In this document: positions 10,455-21,083 of the stretch, piece by piece | Numbering within the stretch: position 1 is the stretch's first letter | How the letters are laid out: each line of letters opens with the position of its first letter | NCBI GenBank assembly: GCA_965237735.1 | Contig: CBDEFV010000004.1 | Span: 1,006-65,005 of the forward strand | Origin: Candidatus Porifericomitales bacterium | GTDB taxonomy: Bacteria > Pseudomonadota > Gammaproteobacteria > CBDEFV01 | Length of the DNA: 64,000 bases | Direction: 5' to 3' | The notes under the pieces: generated by a model | What the model saw: the letters and a program-made list of their open reading frames with translations, nothing else | Databases searched by the model: none | What the model was told of the DNA's origin: nothing | Made by a program: the position numbers and the translations under genes

Positions 10455-11944
10455 GCGACGGCGGCCGGCGGCGGCGAGGGCTTCCAGCCGCTGTGGCGCT
10501 GGTAGCGGTGGGCGGCCGCAAGCAGACGGGCCTCGCTGAAGGCCGGGGCCAGCAGCTGCATGGAGACCGGCAGGCCGGAGGCGAAGCCGCAGGGAATGGC
10601 CATGGCCGGCAGGCCTGCGAGGTTGGCGGCAGTGGTGTATAGATCGACGAGATACATGGCGACGGGGTCCTGTTCATGGCTGCCGCGGGCAAAAGCCGTC
10701 GACGGAGCCGTCGGCAGAAACAGCAGGTCGGCGGTTGCAAAGAGATCGTCGAAGCGGTTGGCGACGGCGCGCCGGACGCGGCAGGCGCGGTCGTAATAAG
10801 CGTCGTAATAGCCGCTGGAGAGCACATGGGAACCGATGAGAATGCGCCGCTCGACCTCCAGGCCAAAGCCCTCGGCGCGAGAGAGCTCATAGAGGTCCTC
10901 GATCGAATTGGCCCGGCAGGAGCGATGGCCGTAGCGGACGCCGTCGTAGCGCGCCAAGTTGGAGGAGGCCTCGGCCGAGGAGATGATGTAATAGGCCGGT
11001 ACCGCCTGGCGCAGGGCAGATGCCAGCTCGACCTCGACGAGATCGGCGCCGAGCAGGCGCCGGCAGCTCTCCAGGGCCTCGCGCAGCAGCGGGGCGACCC
11101 GGCCCTCAACTTCGTCGAAGAGATGGGGATCAAAGGCCAGGCGCAGCCCCTCCAGAGGGGCGTCCAAGTGCCTGGCGAAGTCCTCTGCGGGCCGCAGGAG
11201 GCTGGTGGCGTCAGAGGCATCAAAACCAGCCAGGGCGTTGAGCATGAGGGCGCAGTCCTGCGCCGTCCAGGCCAGGGGTCCGGCCTGGTCCAGGCTCGAG
11301 GCGAAAGCCACCATGCCAAAGCGCGAAATTCGCCCGTAAGTGGGTTTGAGGCCGGTGATGCCATTGAAGCCGGCCGGCAGGCGAATCGAGCCGCCGGTGT
11401 CGCTGGCCGTCGCCGCCGGCACAAGGCCGGCGGCAACGGCCACAGCCGAGCCGCCAGAGGAGCCGCCGGCGACGCGACCCGCATCCCAGGGGTTGACCGC
11501 AGGGCCAAAATAGCTGTTCTCGTTGGCCGATCCCATGGCGAACTCATCCATGTTGGTCTTGCCGATGAAAACGGCGCCGGCATCGAACAGGCGGGCAACC
11601 ACGGTGGCGTCGTATTCGGGCACGAAGTCAGCCAGCATGCGCGAGGCGCAGGTCGTCCTGAGGCCGCGGGTGCAGAACAGGTCCTTGTGGGCGATGGGGA
11701 TTCCCGTAAGCGGCGTCGCGTGGCCGCGGGCCCGGCGCTCATCGGCAGCCAGCGCCCGCTGCCGCGCCCCCTCGGGATCGAGGGTGATGAAGGCGTTGAG
11801 TTTGGGGTTGGCCTTTTCGGCGCGGTCGAGGGCGGCTTCGGTCAACTCGAGACTGCTGCAGCGGCCGGCGGCAAGGTCTGCCGTCAGGCTGGCGACGGTC
11901 TCGCGGCCCCAGTCGACCGCCGTCCTCGAGGCAGGGGCGCTCAA
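10451..11944 (-). CDS. gatA: Asp/Glu-tRNA amidotransferase subunit A
   Basis: Amidase signature GGSSGGS, SDTGGSIR, SSNLARYDG. Confidence 0.97.
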   Translation of the reverse strand: MSAPASRTAVDWGRETVASLTADLAAGRCSSLELTEAALDRAEKANPKLNAFITLDPEGARQRALAADERRARGHATPLTGIPIAHKDLFCTRGLRTTCASRMLADFVPEYDATVVARLFDAGAVFIGKTNMDEFAMGSANENSYFGPAVNPWDAGRVAGGSSGGSAVAVAAGLVPAATASDTGGSIRLPAGFNGITGLKPTYGRISRFGMVAFASSLDQAGPLAWTAQDCALMLNALAGFDASDATSLLRPAEDFARHLDAPLEGLRLAFDPHLFDEVEGRVAPLLREALESCRRLLGADLVEVELASALRQAVPAYYIISSAEASSNLARYDGVRYGHRSCRANSIEDLYELSRAEGFGLEVERRILIGSHVLSSGYYDAYYDRACRVRRAVANRFDDLFATADLLFLPTAPSTAFARGSHEQDPVAMYLVDLYTTAANLAGLPAMAIPCGFASGLPVSMQLLAPAFSEARLLAAAHRYQRHSGWKPSPPPAAVA

Positions 11945-11959
11945 CTGGGCAGTCGAAGT

Positions 11960-12244
11960 TCAGTCAATGACGGGCGGCACCAGATAGTAGCCCGCTTCGG
12001 CGCTCGGCGCCGAGCGCTGCAACTCTTCGCGCGGGGCCCCCCCGTCGGCGAGATCCACGCGCAGGGGCATACGGTCGGCGTGGGGGTGCACCATGGGCTC
12101 GATTCCAGAGACGTCGATCTCGCCGAGCCGGCCCATCCATTCAAGCACCTGAGCGAGGTCGCGTCCGAGGCTCTGCAACCGGGCAGGCTCGAGCCGCAGG
12201 CGGGCGAGACGGGCGAGTCGCCTGACTTCGCGCTCGTCAACCAA
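11960..12244 (-). CDS. gatC: Asp/Glu-tRNA amidotransferase subunit C (start approximate)
   Basis: VRRLARLARL...YYLVPPVID, directly upstream of gatA. Confidence 0.9.
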   Translation of the reverse strand: MVDEREVRRLARLARLRLEPARLQSLGRDLAQVLEWMGRLGEIDVSGIEPMVHPHADRMPLRVDLADGGAPREELQRSAPSAEAGYYLVPPVID

Positions 12245-12288
12245 GGCCAGGACGGGCTGTGCCCAGAGAGAACACCGCGGCCGGGGAC

Positions 12289-13137
12289 TCAGAGCCCGCC
12301 GACGCCGGCGTCGAGGTGCTGGGTAAAGTGCAGCTGAGTGCTGCCGCGATCGCGCAGGGAGGAGGGCCGCCAATGAATGACCCCGTGTTTGCTGGGCGCG
12401 GCCATGAACTTGTAGAGATTCTTGATCTCGGGAGTCTGCTCAAATTGAGAGAGCTTGTGCAGCGCCTCCTTGCGGCTGTGCCCTTCCATGAAGAGGACGC
12501 GGAAAGCCTGGTCGAGCTGGCGCCGGGTGGCGGCCGGCACCTGGCCGCGCCTGAGGCCGACGGCATTGACCCCGTGCAGCCAGGAACGCTCCTGGCCGGA
12601 AGCAGCCATGTAGGGGGGCAGATCCATGTTGATCCAGGCCCGGGCCCCCGTGAAGGCGTAGGCGCCGATGCGGACGAATTGATAGACGTAAGTGCCGCCG
12701 CCGAGGGTGGCGTGGTCGGCTACCTCGACATGGCCGGCAAGGGTGCTGGTCACAAGGATGCAGCTGTCGCCGATGACGCAGTCGTGGGCGATGTGGCTGG
12801 TGATCATGATCATGTTGTTCGAGCCGAGGCGGGTGCCGCCTCCGCCTTCGGTGCCGCGGTTAATGGTGACGAACTCCCGAATCTGGTTGCCGTCACCGAT
12901 TTCGAGCCTGGTCGGGCTGCCCTTGTACTTCAGATCCTGGGGCGCCGTGCCGAGGGCGACATGGGGCGAGATCGAGTTGTTTTTGCCGATTCGCGTCTGC
13001 CCCTCTATGACGGTGTGAGAGCCGACGCCGGTGCCGGAGTCGATGGAGACACCCTCGCCGATTACGGCGTAGGGGCCAATTTCGCAGTCGTCGGCAATCT
13101 CGGCCCGGGGGTGGACGATGGCCGTGGCGTGAATCAT
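12289..13137 (-). CDS. lpxA: UDP-N-acetylglucosamine acyltransferase
   Basis: IHATAIV hexapeptide repeats, PQDLKY, IREFVTINRGT, HIAHDC. Confidence 0.95.
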   Translation of the reverse strand: MIHATAIVHPRAEIADDCEIGPYAVIGEGVSIDSGTGVGSHTVIEGQTRIGKNNSISPHVALGTAPQDLKYKGSPTRLEIGDGNQIREFVTINRGTEGGGGTRLGSNNMIMITSHIAHDCVIGDSCILVTSTLAGHVEVADHATLGGGTYVYQFVRIGAYAFTGARAWINMDLPPYMAASGQERSWLHGVNAVGLRRGQVPAATRRQLDQAFRVLFMEGHSRKEALHKLSQFEQTPEIKNLYKFMAAPSKHGVIHWRPSSLRDRGSTQLHFTQHLDAGVGGL

Positions 13138-13574
13138 TTTTTATTCTCCGTTTCGAGGTCCAGGGACACGAGCGAAAACTCGGCCGAGGAGACCTCGTTG
13201 CCCTCGACAGAAGCGACTCCGGCGCAACGGGCGTAGAGGCCCCGGTGGCGCAGGAGGGTGACTTCAAGGTCGAGGCGGTCGCCGGGAACCACGGGGCGAC
13301 GGAACCTGACGTTGTCGATGGAGGTCACCACCAGGGGCGTGCCCTCGACCAGGCCGTCGCGGAAGAGGACGGCGGAGGTCTGCATCATGGCCTCGACGAT
13401 GAGCACCCCCGGCATGATCGGGTGGCCGGGGTAGTGTCCCTGAAAAAAGGACTCATTGAAGCTGACGCTCTTGTGGGCGAGGACTTTTCCATCCTCGCAT
13501 CGATTGATTCGATCGACCAGCAGCATGGGGTAGCGATGCGGCAGGATCGTCATGATTTCCTTGATGTCCAGCAC
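13134..13574 (-). CDS. fabZ: 3-hydroxyacyl-ACP dehydratase
   Basis: LPHRYPMLLVD, FFQGHYP..PIMPGVLIVEAM; GTG start inferred. Confidence 0.95.
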   Translation of the reverse strand: MLDIKEIMTILPHRYPMLLVDRINRCEDGKVLAHKSVSFNESFFQGHYPGHPIMPGVLIVEAMMQTSAVLFRDGLVEGTPLVVTSIDNVRFRRPVVPGDRLDLEVTLLRHRGLYARCAGVASVEGNEVSSAEFSLVSLDLETENKK

Positions 13575-13614
13575 TGGGTCTTCGGGGAGAGGCGGGGACT
13601 GGGGGGACCGGGGG

Positions 13615-14616
13615 TCAGGAGTCGAGCGGGCGCAGCAACCGCTGCAGAAAGAGATACCAGCGGCGCGCGGGCCGCACCTGAATCGCCGACGACCAGGCCC
13701 CGGGTCGATCGATGTCGCGCAGCACCGTGCTGGTGGCGTGGATCTCGACGCCGTCACAGACCGAAAGGCCGCTGACGACGCCGACCTGGCCTCCCAGGCG
13801 GCAGTTGCCGCCGATGGAAGTGCCGCCGGCAACGCCGACCTGAGCGGCCATGGCAGTGTTCTCGCCGATGGAAACGCCATGGGCGATCTGCACCTGATTG
13901 TCAATGATAACACCATTGCCGATGCGGGTATCCTCGAGGGCGCCGCGGTCGATGGCGACGCAGGAACCGATTTCGACGCCGTCGCCGATGACCACCCCCG
14001 CCACCTGGGGAAAGGGCTGCCAGCGCCTGCCCTCTTCATCCCACTCGTAACCGAAGCCGTCGCTGCCGATGACGCTGTTGGCGCGGATGACGCAGTTCTC
14101 GCCGACAGAGCACCCGGGGGCCACGACCACTCCCGCTTCGAGGCGGGTTGCGGCGCCGATGGAGACGTCAGGGCCGATGCGCCCCGGGCCCTCGATAACG
14201 ACCTGGGGACCGATGCGGGTGCGCGAGCCGATGATTGCGCCGGGGCCGATCTCGGCGCTGGGATCAATGCTGGCGTCTGCAGCCACCTGGGCCTTCGGCG
14301 AGATGCCGGGACGAGGCGGCGGCGGCGGGTAGAGAAGCACCAGCGCCCTGGCCATGCTGAGGCGCGGATTGGGCGAACTGAGGCTCGCCACAGGGCAGTG
14401 CGGCACCCGCCGCTCCTCGACGATGACGGCGCCGGCGCGGGTCGCCTTGAGGGCGGCGAGCGGCTGACCGGGGGAAAAGAAGCTGAGGCTGTCGGCTTCG
14501 GCCGCCAGCAGGGGGGCGCCGCGGTTGAGCATCAGGCCGCCATCACCGCTGTAGGGCAGGCCGAGCCGCTCTGCCAGTTCGGCGAGCAAACAGGCGCCGG
14601 CGGCCGTCTTCATCAT
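13615..14616 (-). CDS. lpxD: UDP-3-O-acylglucosamine N-acyltransferase
   Basis: IGSDGFGY, IDRGALEDT, DNQVQIAH. Confidence 0.95.
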   Translation of the reverse strand: MMKTAAGACLLAELAERLGLPYSGDGGLMLNRGAPLLAAEADSLSFFSPGQPLAALKATRAGAVIVEERRVPHCPVASLSSPNPRLSMARALVLLYPPPPPRPGISPKAQVAADASIDPSAEIGPGAIIGSRTRIGPQVVIEGPGRIGPDVSIGAATRLEAGVVVAPGCSVGENCVIRANSVIGSDGFGYEWDEEGRRWQPFPQVAGVVIGDGVEIGSCVAIDRGALEDTRIGNGVIIDNQVQIAHGVSIGENTAMAAQVGVAGGTSIGGNCRLGGQVGVVSGLSVCDGVEIHATSTVLRDIDRPGAWSSAIQVRPARRWYLFLQRLLRPLDS

Positions 14617-14637
14617 CCGGGACGGGCCGCGCGCCGG

Positions 14638-15153
14638 TCAGCGGCGATTGCCCTTGCTGTCACGTTCAAACTCCTGCAGCAGCTCCCCGGTGATGTCGAC
14701 GCTGTCGGCGGCGAACATGACGCCTTCACTGATCACCAGATCATAGCCGCGCGTCCTGGCAAGGGCGGAGACCTTCTGCAGCATGAGCTTCTGCAAGGCG
14801 TCTTTTTCCTCTTTGCGCTTCCTGTTGATGTCGGCGCCCAGGTCTTCGCGCAACTGGCGCAGACGCGCCGTCTGGTCGCCCAGCTGCCGCTCCTTCTGCT
14901 CGATCTTTTCGCTCGTCATGATCAGGCGATCGCGGTCGAAGGCGGCGCTTTCCTGCTGAAAGCGCGCAAAAAGCCGGTCGTATTCGTCGGCGCGCTGTTT
15001 GAATTCACTCTCCAGCCGCTTTTCGATCTCCTGAACCTGGGGCAACTGCTGAATCAGCAGGGGAACATTGACGAAGGCGACGCGGCCGTCCTGGGCCGTG
15101 GCGTCAGCCGAGAGCAGCAGAAGGGCCAGCAGAATGGGGGCGAAAAAATACAC
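14638..15153 (-). CDS. skp: Periplasmic chaperone Skp/OmpH
   Basis: Signal peptide, RVAFVN, coiled coil, GYDLVI, VDIT; located between bamA and lpxD. Confidence 0.9.
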   Translation of the reverse strand: MYFFAPILLALLLLSADATAQDGRVAFVNVPLLIQQLPQVQEIEKRLESEFKQRADEYDRLFARFQQESAAFDRDRLIMTSEKIEQKERQLGDQTARLRQLREDLGADINRKRKEEKDALQKLMLQKVSALARTRGYDLVISEGVMFAADSVDITGELLQEFERDSKGNRR

Positions 15154-15273
15154 AGGCGCAGTCCTGGAGGGAAAGGGAGGAGCGGAAGCCAGGCGACAGA
15201 CAGAAGTCATCATATTAACACAAAAAACAGGGGGCAGAAAGGCGCGGCCGTGGCGGGGAGGCCGCCACTGCTG

Positions 15274-17554
15274 TCAGAAGGCGGTGCCCAGAGTGAAAAC
15301 GAAGCGATCGACAAGGTCGCCGCCGCGCTGGTCAAACGGCAGGCCGTAACTGAACAGCAGGGGGGCGATGGGGGTAATCCAGGTGAAGGAGATGCCGTAA
15401 GAGGCCCGCAGCTCGGAGAAATCGACATCGTCGGCTTCTGCGAAAACATTGCCGTTGTCGATGAAAACACTGAGCCGCTGCGATTCGCTGCCGCTCCAGG
15501 GCGGCTTGAAGAAATATTCGAGGCGCGAAACCACCCGGGCCTTGCCGCCAAAAGCATTGCCGAGAGAATCGCGCGGCCCCAGGGAGCCGTAGCTGAAACC
15601 GCGGACGGTGCTCAGGCCTCCGGCGAGGTAGTTCTCAAAGAAGGGCAGGTCTTCGCCGCCCAGGCCGTCGGCGTAATTGAACTGCACCTGGAATGCCAGG
15701 CTCCTGAGGTCGCCGAAGGGGAAATAGTGGGTCAGGCCATAGCCCAGCCTGAAGTACTGCAGATCCCCCGGAGCCAGGGCGACCTCCGAGCTCCAGACGT
15801 TTTCCGTTCCCAGATTGGGAAAGAGGATGTTGTCGCGGGTGTCGCGCACCAGGGACGCCGTCAGGTTGAGGGAGTTGAGACTGTCGGCGTGGCTGTCGAT
15901 GAAATCCCTGATCTCCTGTGAAGGATTGCCTCCCCCCTGAATGTCGAGGACGGTGAAGCCGGCGCCGAGGTTGGCGTAGACATTTTCCGCCAGGGGCAGG
16001 CCGTAACGCAGGGTGGCGCCGGCCTCGTCGAGCACATAGTCGGCCGCGGCGGCGATAGCCGAGGCGCTGGTCTCGCGGAATATCACGCTGATGAAGCGGG
16101 AGATGCCCTTTTCGCTGTAGAAGGGGTCGTTGATGCGGAAGTTCAACTCCTTGATGAGCTCGTTGGAACTCAGCTGGATGCCGACGTCCTTGCCCGTGCC
16201 GAAGAAGTTGCGCTGGGAGATGCCGCCGGAGATGTTGAAGCCGCCGGGCTCGGCGTAGCCAAACTGCAGGGAGATGGAACCGGAGCGGCTCTCCTCGATG
16301 CGGAAGACGATATCCACCTGATTGGGCGTACCGGGCACCGGCACCAGTTCGTATTCGACGCTGGCGATGTAGGGCAGGCGGCGCAGCCGCCGCAACGACA
16401 GCTCCAGCAGGGCCGAATCGAAGGGCGCGCCCTCATATACCAGCAGGTGGCGGCGAAAAACCGGGTCACCGGTCTCGTTGCCGACAAAGGACAGGCGCCG
16501 CACCAGAGTGCTGAAACCCGGATCAAACACCAGAGTCACCGCCACCTCGCCCTCCTCTTCGCGCAGTTCAATCAGGGGATCGACCCGGGCAAAGGCGTAG
16601 CCCTCGCCACTCAGGCGCCTCTTCTCGCCCTCGACGAACTCGGTCAGGCGGCGGCGTGAAAAGGGCTCGCCTCTCAGGGTTTCCAGTTCCCCGCGCAGTT
16701 CGGCCTGGGGGCGCAGGGTCTCGCCGGCGAGATCGATGTCGCCGTAGCGGAACTCCTGGCCTTCTTCGATGTGAAAAACGATGTAGAGGTTTTTGCGGTC
16801 GCGCGAGATCGACAGTTCGGTGTCGAGGATGCGGGCGTTGATGAAGCCCTGATCGAGGTAGTGGCTGAGCAGGGCCTCCTGGGCCGACTGCAGCTCGAGG
16901 GCGCGGTACTTGCTGCCGACCTTCAGCCCCGTCACCCGCCGCAGCGCCTCCTGGTCAAAGGACTTGTTGCCGACGAAATCGAGGTTGCGGATGCGGGCGC
17001 GGATGCCTTCGACCACCCTCAGCTCGACCTTGACGCGGTTGTTGTCGAGCGGGGTCGTCTCCATTTTGGCCGAGGCGCCGTAGAGGCCGGAGGCGCGGAG
17101 GGCGGCGCGAATCTCCTTTTCGAGGCGCCCGGCGATGAAAGGGGTCGAGAATGCCGCCCCTGTAGATACCGAAATCGCCGGCGATCCTCGTGATGATCTC
17201 GGGCTTGATCAGTTGGGAGCCGAAGACCTCGAAAGAGGAGATGGCCGGCCGCTCCCTGATGTCGATAATCAGGCGATCGCCGTCGCGGCTCAGCCTGACG
17301 GTGGAAAAGAAGCCGGTGTCGAAGAGCCCGCGCACCACCCGCGACGGGTCCCCTTCGGTATCGAACAGATCGCCACGGACAAAGGGAATGTAGCTGAGGA
17401 TGCTGTCCTCAGGCAGGTTTTGCCGGCCCCGCACCTCTATGTCCCCGAGGATGAACTGCTCCGCCCCGGCCATGCCTGGCGCGCCCGCTGCGGCGAGGGC
17501 GGCGAGGGCGAAAACGACTGAGCGCAGCGCTGGCGGCAACGGACACCACTTCAC
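15274..17554 (-). CDS. bamA: Outer membrane protein assembly factor BamA (apparent frameshift near 17138)
   Basis: POTRA repeats, VRGF motif, C-terminal FTLGTAF; N-terminal part in ORF 16955..17554. Confidence 0.95.
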
Positions 17555-18996
17555 GAGAACAGGCGTCCGATGTCAATAAATAGAGTTAGACCCAGAAGGG
17601 CGAAGAGAAGCGACAGTCCGCCGACATGAACCCAGTGCAACGCCCGCGCCGACAGGCGCCGACCGCGTACGGCCTCGACTCCCAGAAGCAGCAGGTGACC
17701 GCCGTCGAGCACCGGCACCGGCAGCAGGTTGAAAATGCCGAGGCTGATGCTGATGAGCGCGAGAAAGCCGACAAAGGACTCGAAACCGGCCGCCAGGGAG
17801 ATGCCCGCCATGCGCGCGATGCCGACAGGGCCGCTGAGGTTGTCGATATCCGCCCGACCGATAAGCAGCCGCTGCAGGATGCTGAAGGTCAGGCCGATGA
17901 AGAAACCGGTGCGCTCGGTGGCGGCGACCAGGGCGTCGACGGGGCCGAGCGCCTCGCGCCTGAACCACTGGGGATGGTCGGCCGGGTCGAGCGGCGCCGC
18001 GACGACGCCGAGGCGTCCGATGACTTCGCCGTTCTCGCCGACAGCTTCATCGGCGACGACCGCCAGACTGAGCTCGCGGCCGGCGCGTTCGACTCTGACC
18101 CTGAGGGACTCGCCCGGGGCGGCCGCGACTCTTTGCTGCAGTTGTCGCCAGTTCACCAGGGGCCTGCCGTCGATGGCGACAATGCGGTCCCCGGAGCGCA
18201 GGCCGGCGCGGTCGGCCGCGCTGGCATCGAGGACGCGGTCGATGGTGGTGTTCGGCGGCTGTGCCTCGCGCAGGCCGAGGGAAACCAGCCCTCCGCCCTC
18301 GGCGGCGAGGAAGGCTTCGGGGTCGAAGTGGAGCCGGCCGCGGACCCCGGAACTGCCGCGCAGCACCCGGTAGGAGACGGAAGAGCCGTCTTCGACCGCC
18401 CTCTCCACCAAGGCGAGGCGGACAGCGCGCCAGCTGTTGACCGGGTCTCCGCCGAGCTCTGTCAGCTGATCGCCCGGGCGCAGCCCCGCCGCTGCCGCCG
18501 ACGAATCGGCGGCGACTTCGCCGACGATGGGCGCGAGGCCCGTAATGCCGATGAGATAGAGCAGCCAGAGGGCGAAGACGGCAAAGAGAAAGTTGGCCGC
18601 GGGACCGGCGACGGCGACAAGGGCGCGGCGCCAGACGGATTTTTCCTCGAAGGCCCGGCCCATGTCTTGCGGGGCGCGGCCCTGGGCTCGTTCCCCGGCA
18701 GCGCTGCCGCCCCTGCCCGGAGCCCGCCCCTGGCCCCGGTCCTCCCCTGCCCCGTCGGATTCAGCCTCGTCCTCGACGCTGAGCATGCGCACATAGCCGC
18801 CGAGCGGCACGGCCCGCACCACGTAGTTGACGCCGGCGCGCGAGCGCCAGCTGAACAGGGCCTTGCCGAAGCCGATGGAAAAGGACAGCACGCGGATATC
18901 CAGACGCTGCGCCACCCAGAGGTGGCCGTATTCGTGGACGCCGACGAGCAGGCCGACCGTTACGATGAAGGCGAAGAGGCTGAGTATTAAATCCAT
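17551..18996 (-). CDS. rseP: RIP metalloprotease RseP
   Basis: HEYGH, two PDZ domains, NLLPVPVLDGG. Confidence 0.96.
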   Translation of the reverse strand: MDLILSLFAFIVTVGLLVGVHEYGHLWVAQRLDIRVLSFSIGFGKALFSWRSRAGVNYVVRAVPLGGYVRMLSVEDEAESDGAGEDRGQGRAPGRGGSAAGERAQGRAPQDMGRAFEEKSVWRRALVAVAGPAANFLFAVFALWLLYLIGITGLAPIVGEVAADSSAAAAGLRPGDQLTELGGDPVNSWRAVRLALVERAVEDGSSVSYRVLRGSSGVRGRLHFDPEAFLAAEGGGLVSLGLREAQPPNTTIDRVLDASAADRAGLRSGDRIVAIDGRPLVNWRQLQQRVAAAPGESLRVRVERAGRELSLAVVADEAVGENGEVIGRLGVVAAPLDPADHPQWFRREALGPVDALVAATERTGFFIGLTFSILQRLLIGRADIDNLSGPVGIARMAGISLAAGFESFVGFLALISISLGIFNLLPVPVLDGGHLLLLGVEAVRGRRLSARALHWVHVGGLSLLFALLGLTLFIDIGRLFS

Positions 18997-19038
18997 GGTC
19001 GGACAGGGCTTTGTGCCTGCATGCGATCGCGGAAAATC

Positions 19039-20283
19039 CTAGCCATGGACTGCAACTCCCGAACTGCGCGATTGGAGCCAGGCGATGGCCTGCCGCCGCC
19101 CCTCGCCGTGGACTTCATCGATATCATCGAGGCTGTCGAGGCGGATGCCGGCCGTGTGCTCAAGAGCGTATTCGACCGCGGCGGCGATGTCGCCGAAGGC
19201 GATGCGCCCGGCGAGAAAGCGGGACACGGCCTCCTCGTTGGCGGCGCTGAGGACGGCGGGAGCGCCGCCGCCGGCGCGGAGCGCAGCATAGGCCATGTCG
19301 AGGCAGGGAAATCTGCGACCATCGACCTGCTCAAAGTCAAGCCGGGCAATCTCGGCCAAATCGAGTTTTTTCAGCCCGCAGTCGAGCCGTTGCGGCCAGG
19401 CCAGGGCCACGGCGATGGGAATGCGCATATCGGCAGCGGAAAGCTGCGCCAGAGTGGAGCCATCGACATAGGACACCAGAGAGTGGACGACGCTCTGCGG
19501 ATGAATCAGCACCGAGATGTGCTCGGCTTCGAGGCCAAAGAGCCAATGAGCTTCGATGACCTCGAGGCCCTTGTTCATGAGGGTGGCCGAGTCGACCGAA
19601 ATCTTGGGTCCCATGCTCCAGGTCGGGTGGCGGCAGGCCTGCTGCGGCGAAACCCTGTCCAGGCGACTGAGGGGAGTGCGCAGGAAAGGCCCGCCCGAAG
19701 CCGTCAGGGTGATGTCGGCGACGCCGGCCAGATTGCCGTCAAAGACAGCGTCGGTCGGGTCTCCGGCTACAACGTCGCCGGCGGGGAGACACTGCATGAC
19801 GGCGTTGTGCTCGCTGTCAAGCGGCAGCAGCCGGGCGCCGTGCGCGCGACTCTGCTGGCGCATGAAGGCGCCGCTGGAGACCAGAGCCTCCTTGTTGGCC
19901 AGCAGCACCCGCAGGCCGCGGCGAACAGCGGCCAGCACCGAGGGCAGGCCCGCCGTGCCGCTGATGCCGGCGACGACGGTGTCGAGGCCGTCAAATTCGG
20001 CGGCGGCGACGACGGCCCCGGAGCCGCCCTCGACCACCGTCTCGAGACCGCTGCCGCGGATGCGCGCCGCCAGGCGTTCGGCGGCGGCCTCGTCGGCCAG
20101 GGCGGCAAAACGGGGGCGAAAACGCTGGCACAGCTCAAAGAGGGCGGCGTCGCTGTGGTTGGCTGCCAGCGTTTGCACACGCCAGCGCCCGCCCTGGGCG
20201 GCGATGACTTCCAGGGCCTGGCGGCCGACCGAACCGGTGGCTCCGAGCACTGCCACGGACGAAGGGTTCAGGGACTGCGTCAT
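19039..20283 (-). CDS. dxr: 1-deoxy-D-xylulose 5-phosphate reductoisomerase
   Basis: LGATGSVG, LANKE, DSEH, WSMGPKISVDSAT. Confidence 0.97.
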   Translation of the reverse strand: MTQSLNPSSVAVLGATGSVGRQALEVIAAQGGRWRVQTLAANHSDAALFELCQRFRPRFAALADEAAAERLAARIRGSGLETVVEGGSGAVVAAAEFDGLDTVVAGISGTAGLPSVLAAVRRGLRVLLANKEALVSSGAFMRQQSRAHGARLLPLDSEHNAVMQCLPAGDVVAGDPTDAVFDGNLAGVADITLTASGGPFLRTPLSRLDRVSPQQACRHPTWSMGPKISVDSATLMNKGLEVIEAHWLFGLEAEHISVLIHPQSVVHSLVSYVDGSTLAQLSAADMRIPIAVALAWPQRLDCGLKKLDLAEIARLDFEQVDGRRFPCLDMAYAALRAGGGAPAVLSAANEEAVSRFLAGRIAFGDIAAAVEYALEHTAGIRLDSLDDIDEVHGEGRRQAIAWLQSRSSGVAVHG

Positions 20284-21083
20284 AAAAACCAGAAAAAACC
20301 GCAGGCGAAAATGGTCAGGCCCGCCGCATGGCTGGCGAAGCGGTCGAGCATGCCGCCGTGGCCCGGGAAGATGTTGCCGCTGTCCTTGATGCCGCCGAGG
20401 CGTTTGTAGCGGCTCAGGGTCAGGTCGCCGATGACGGAGAGGAGCACGACTGTGGCGCCGACGAACATCCAGCGCCACTCGAGGATGCCGAAGATGGTGA
20501 GAAAGGGAACCGCCAGACCCATGGTGATGAGGAAGGAGCCGACCAGACCTTCGATGGTCTTGTTCGGGCTCGACAGCGGCGCCAGCTTGCGCCGGCCCCA
20601 GCGCTTGCCGACGAGGTAGGCGAAGCTGTCGGCTCCGACGACGAGGGCGAAGGCGTAGAGTACGAACACGAGGCGGCCGCCCTCGATAGTCAGGCCACCC
20701 GAGATGTAGAAAAACGAGCACAGCGACAGGTTCAGCAACAGGGGCCCGAGCCAGTGGGCCATGGAGAAAAACAGCGGGGCCGAGGAGGCCTGGGGAGAGG
20801 AAAAGGCGATCCAGCCCGACAGCAGGCACCAGAGAAACAGGCCGATCCAGCTGGGCAGGGAGGCACTGGGAGCGTAGAAGGCGACGACCAGAGCCGGCAC
20901 CATCGACATCAGGCAGAAGCCGAGGCGCAGAGAGGGCCGTTCAATGCCGGTCAGGGCTCCGAGCTCCCAGGCGCAGACGGCGACCACCGCCAGGGCGATG
21001 ACCGTCAGCAGGGGCGTGAAGAAATAGAGCACTGCCAGGAAGAAGCCAATCAGGGCAAAGGCGACGATGAGGCGGGTTTTCAC
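20280..21083 (-). CDS. cdsA: Phosphatidate cytidylyltransferase
   Basis: SPNKTIEG, KDSGNIFPGHGGMLDR; multiple TM segments. Confidence 0.93.
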   Translation of the reverse strand: MKTRLIVAFALIGFFLAVLYFFTPLLTVIALAVVAVCAWELGALTGIERPSLRLGFCLMSMVPALVVAFYAPSASLPSWIGLFLWCLLSGWIAFSSPQASSAPLFFSMAHWLGPLLLNLSLCSFFYISGGLTIEGGRLVFVLYAFALVVGADSFAYLVGKRWGRRKLAPLSSPNKTIEGLVGSFLITMGLAVPFLTIFGILEWRWMFVGATVVLLSVIGDLTLSRYKRLGGIKDSGNIFPGHGGMLDRFASHAAGLTIFACGFFWFL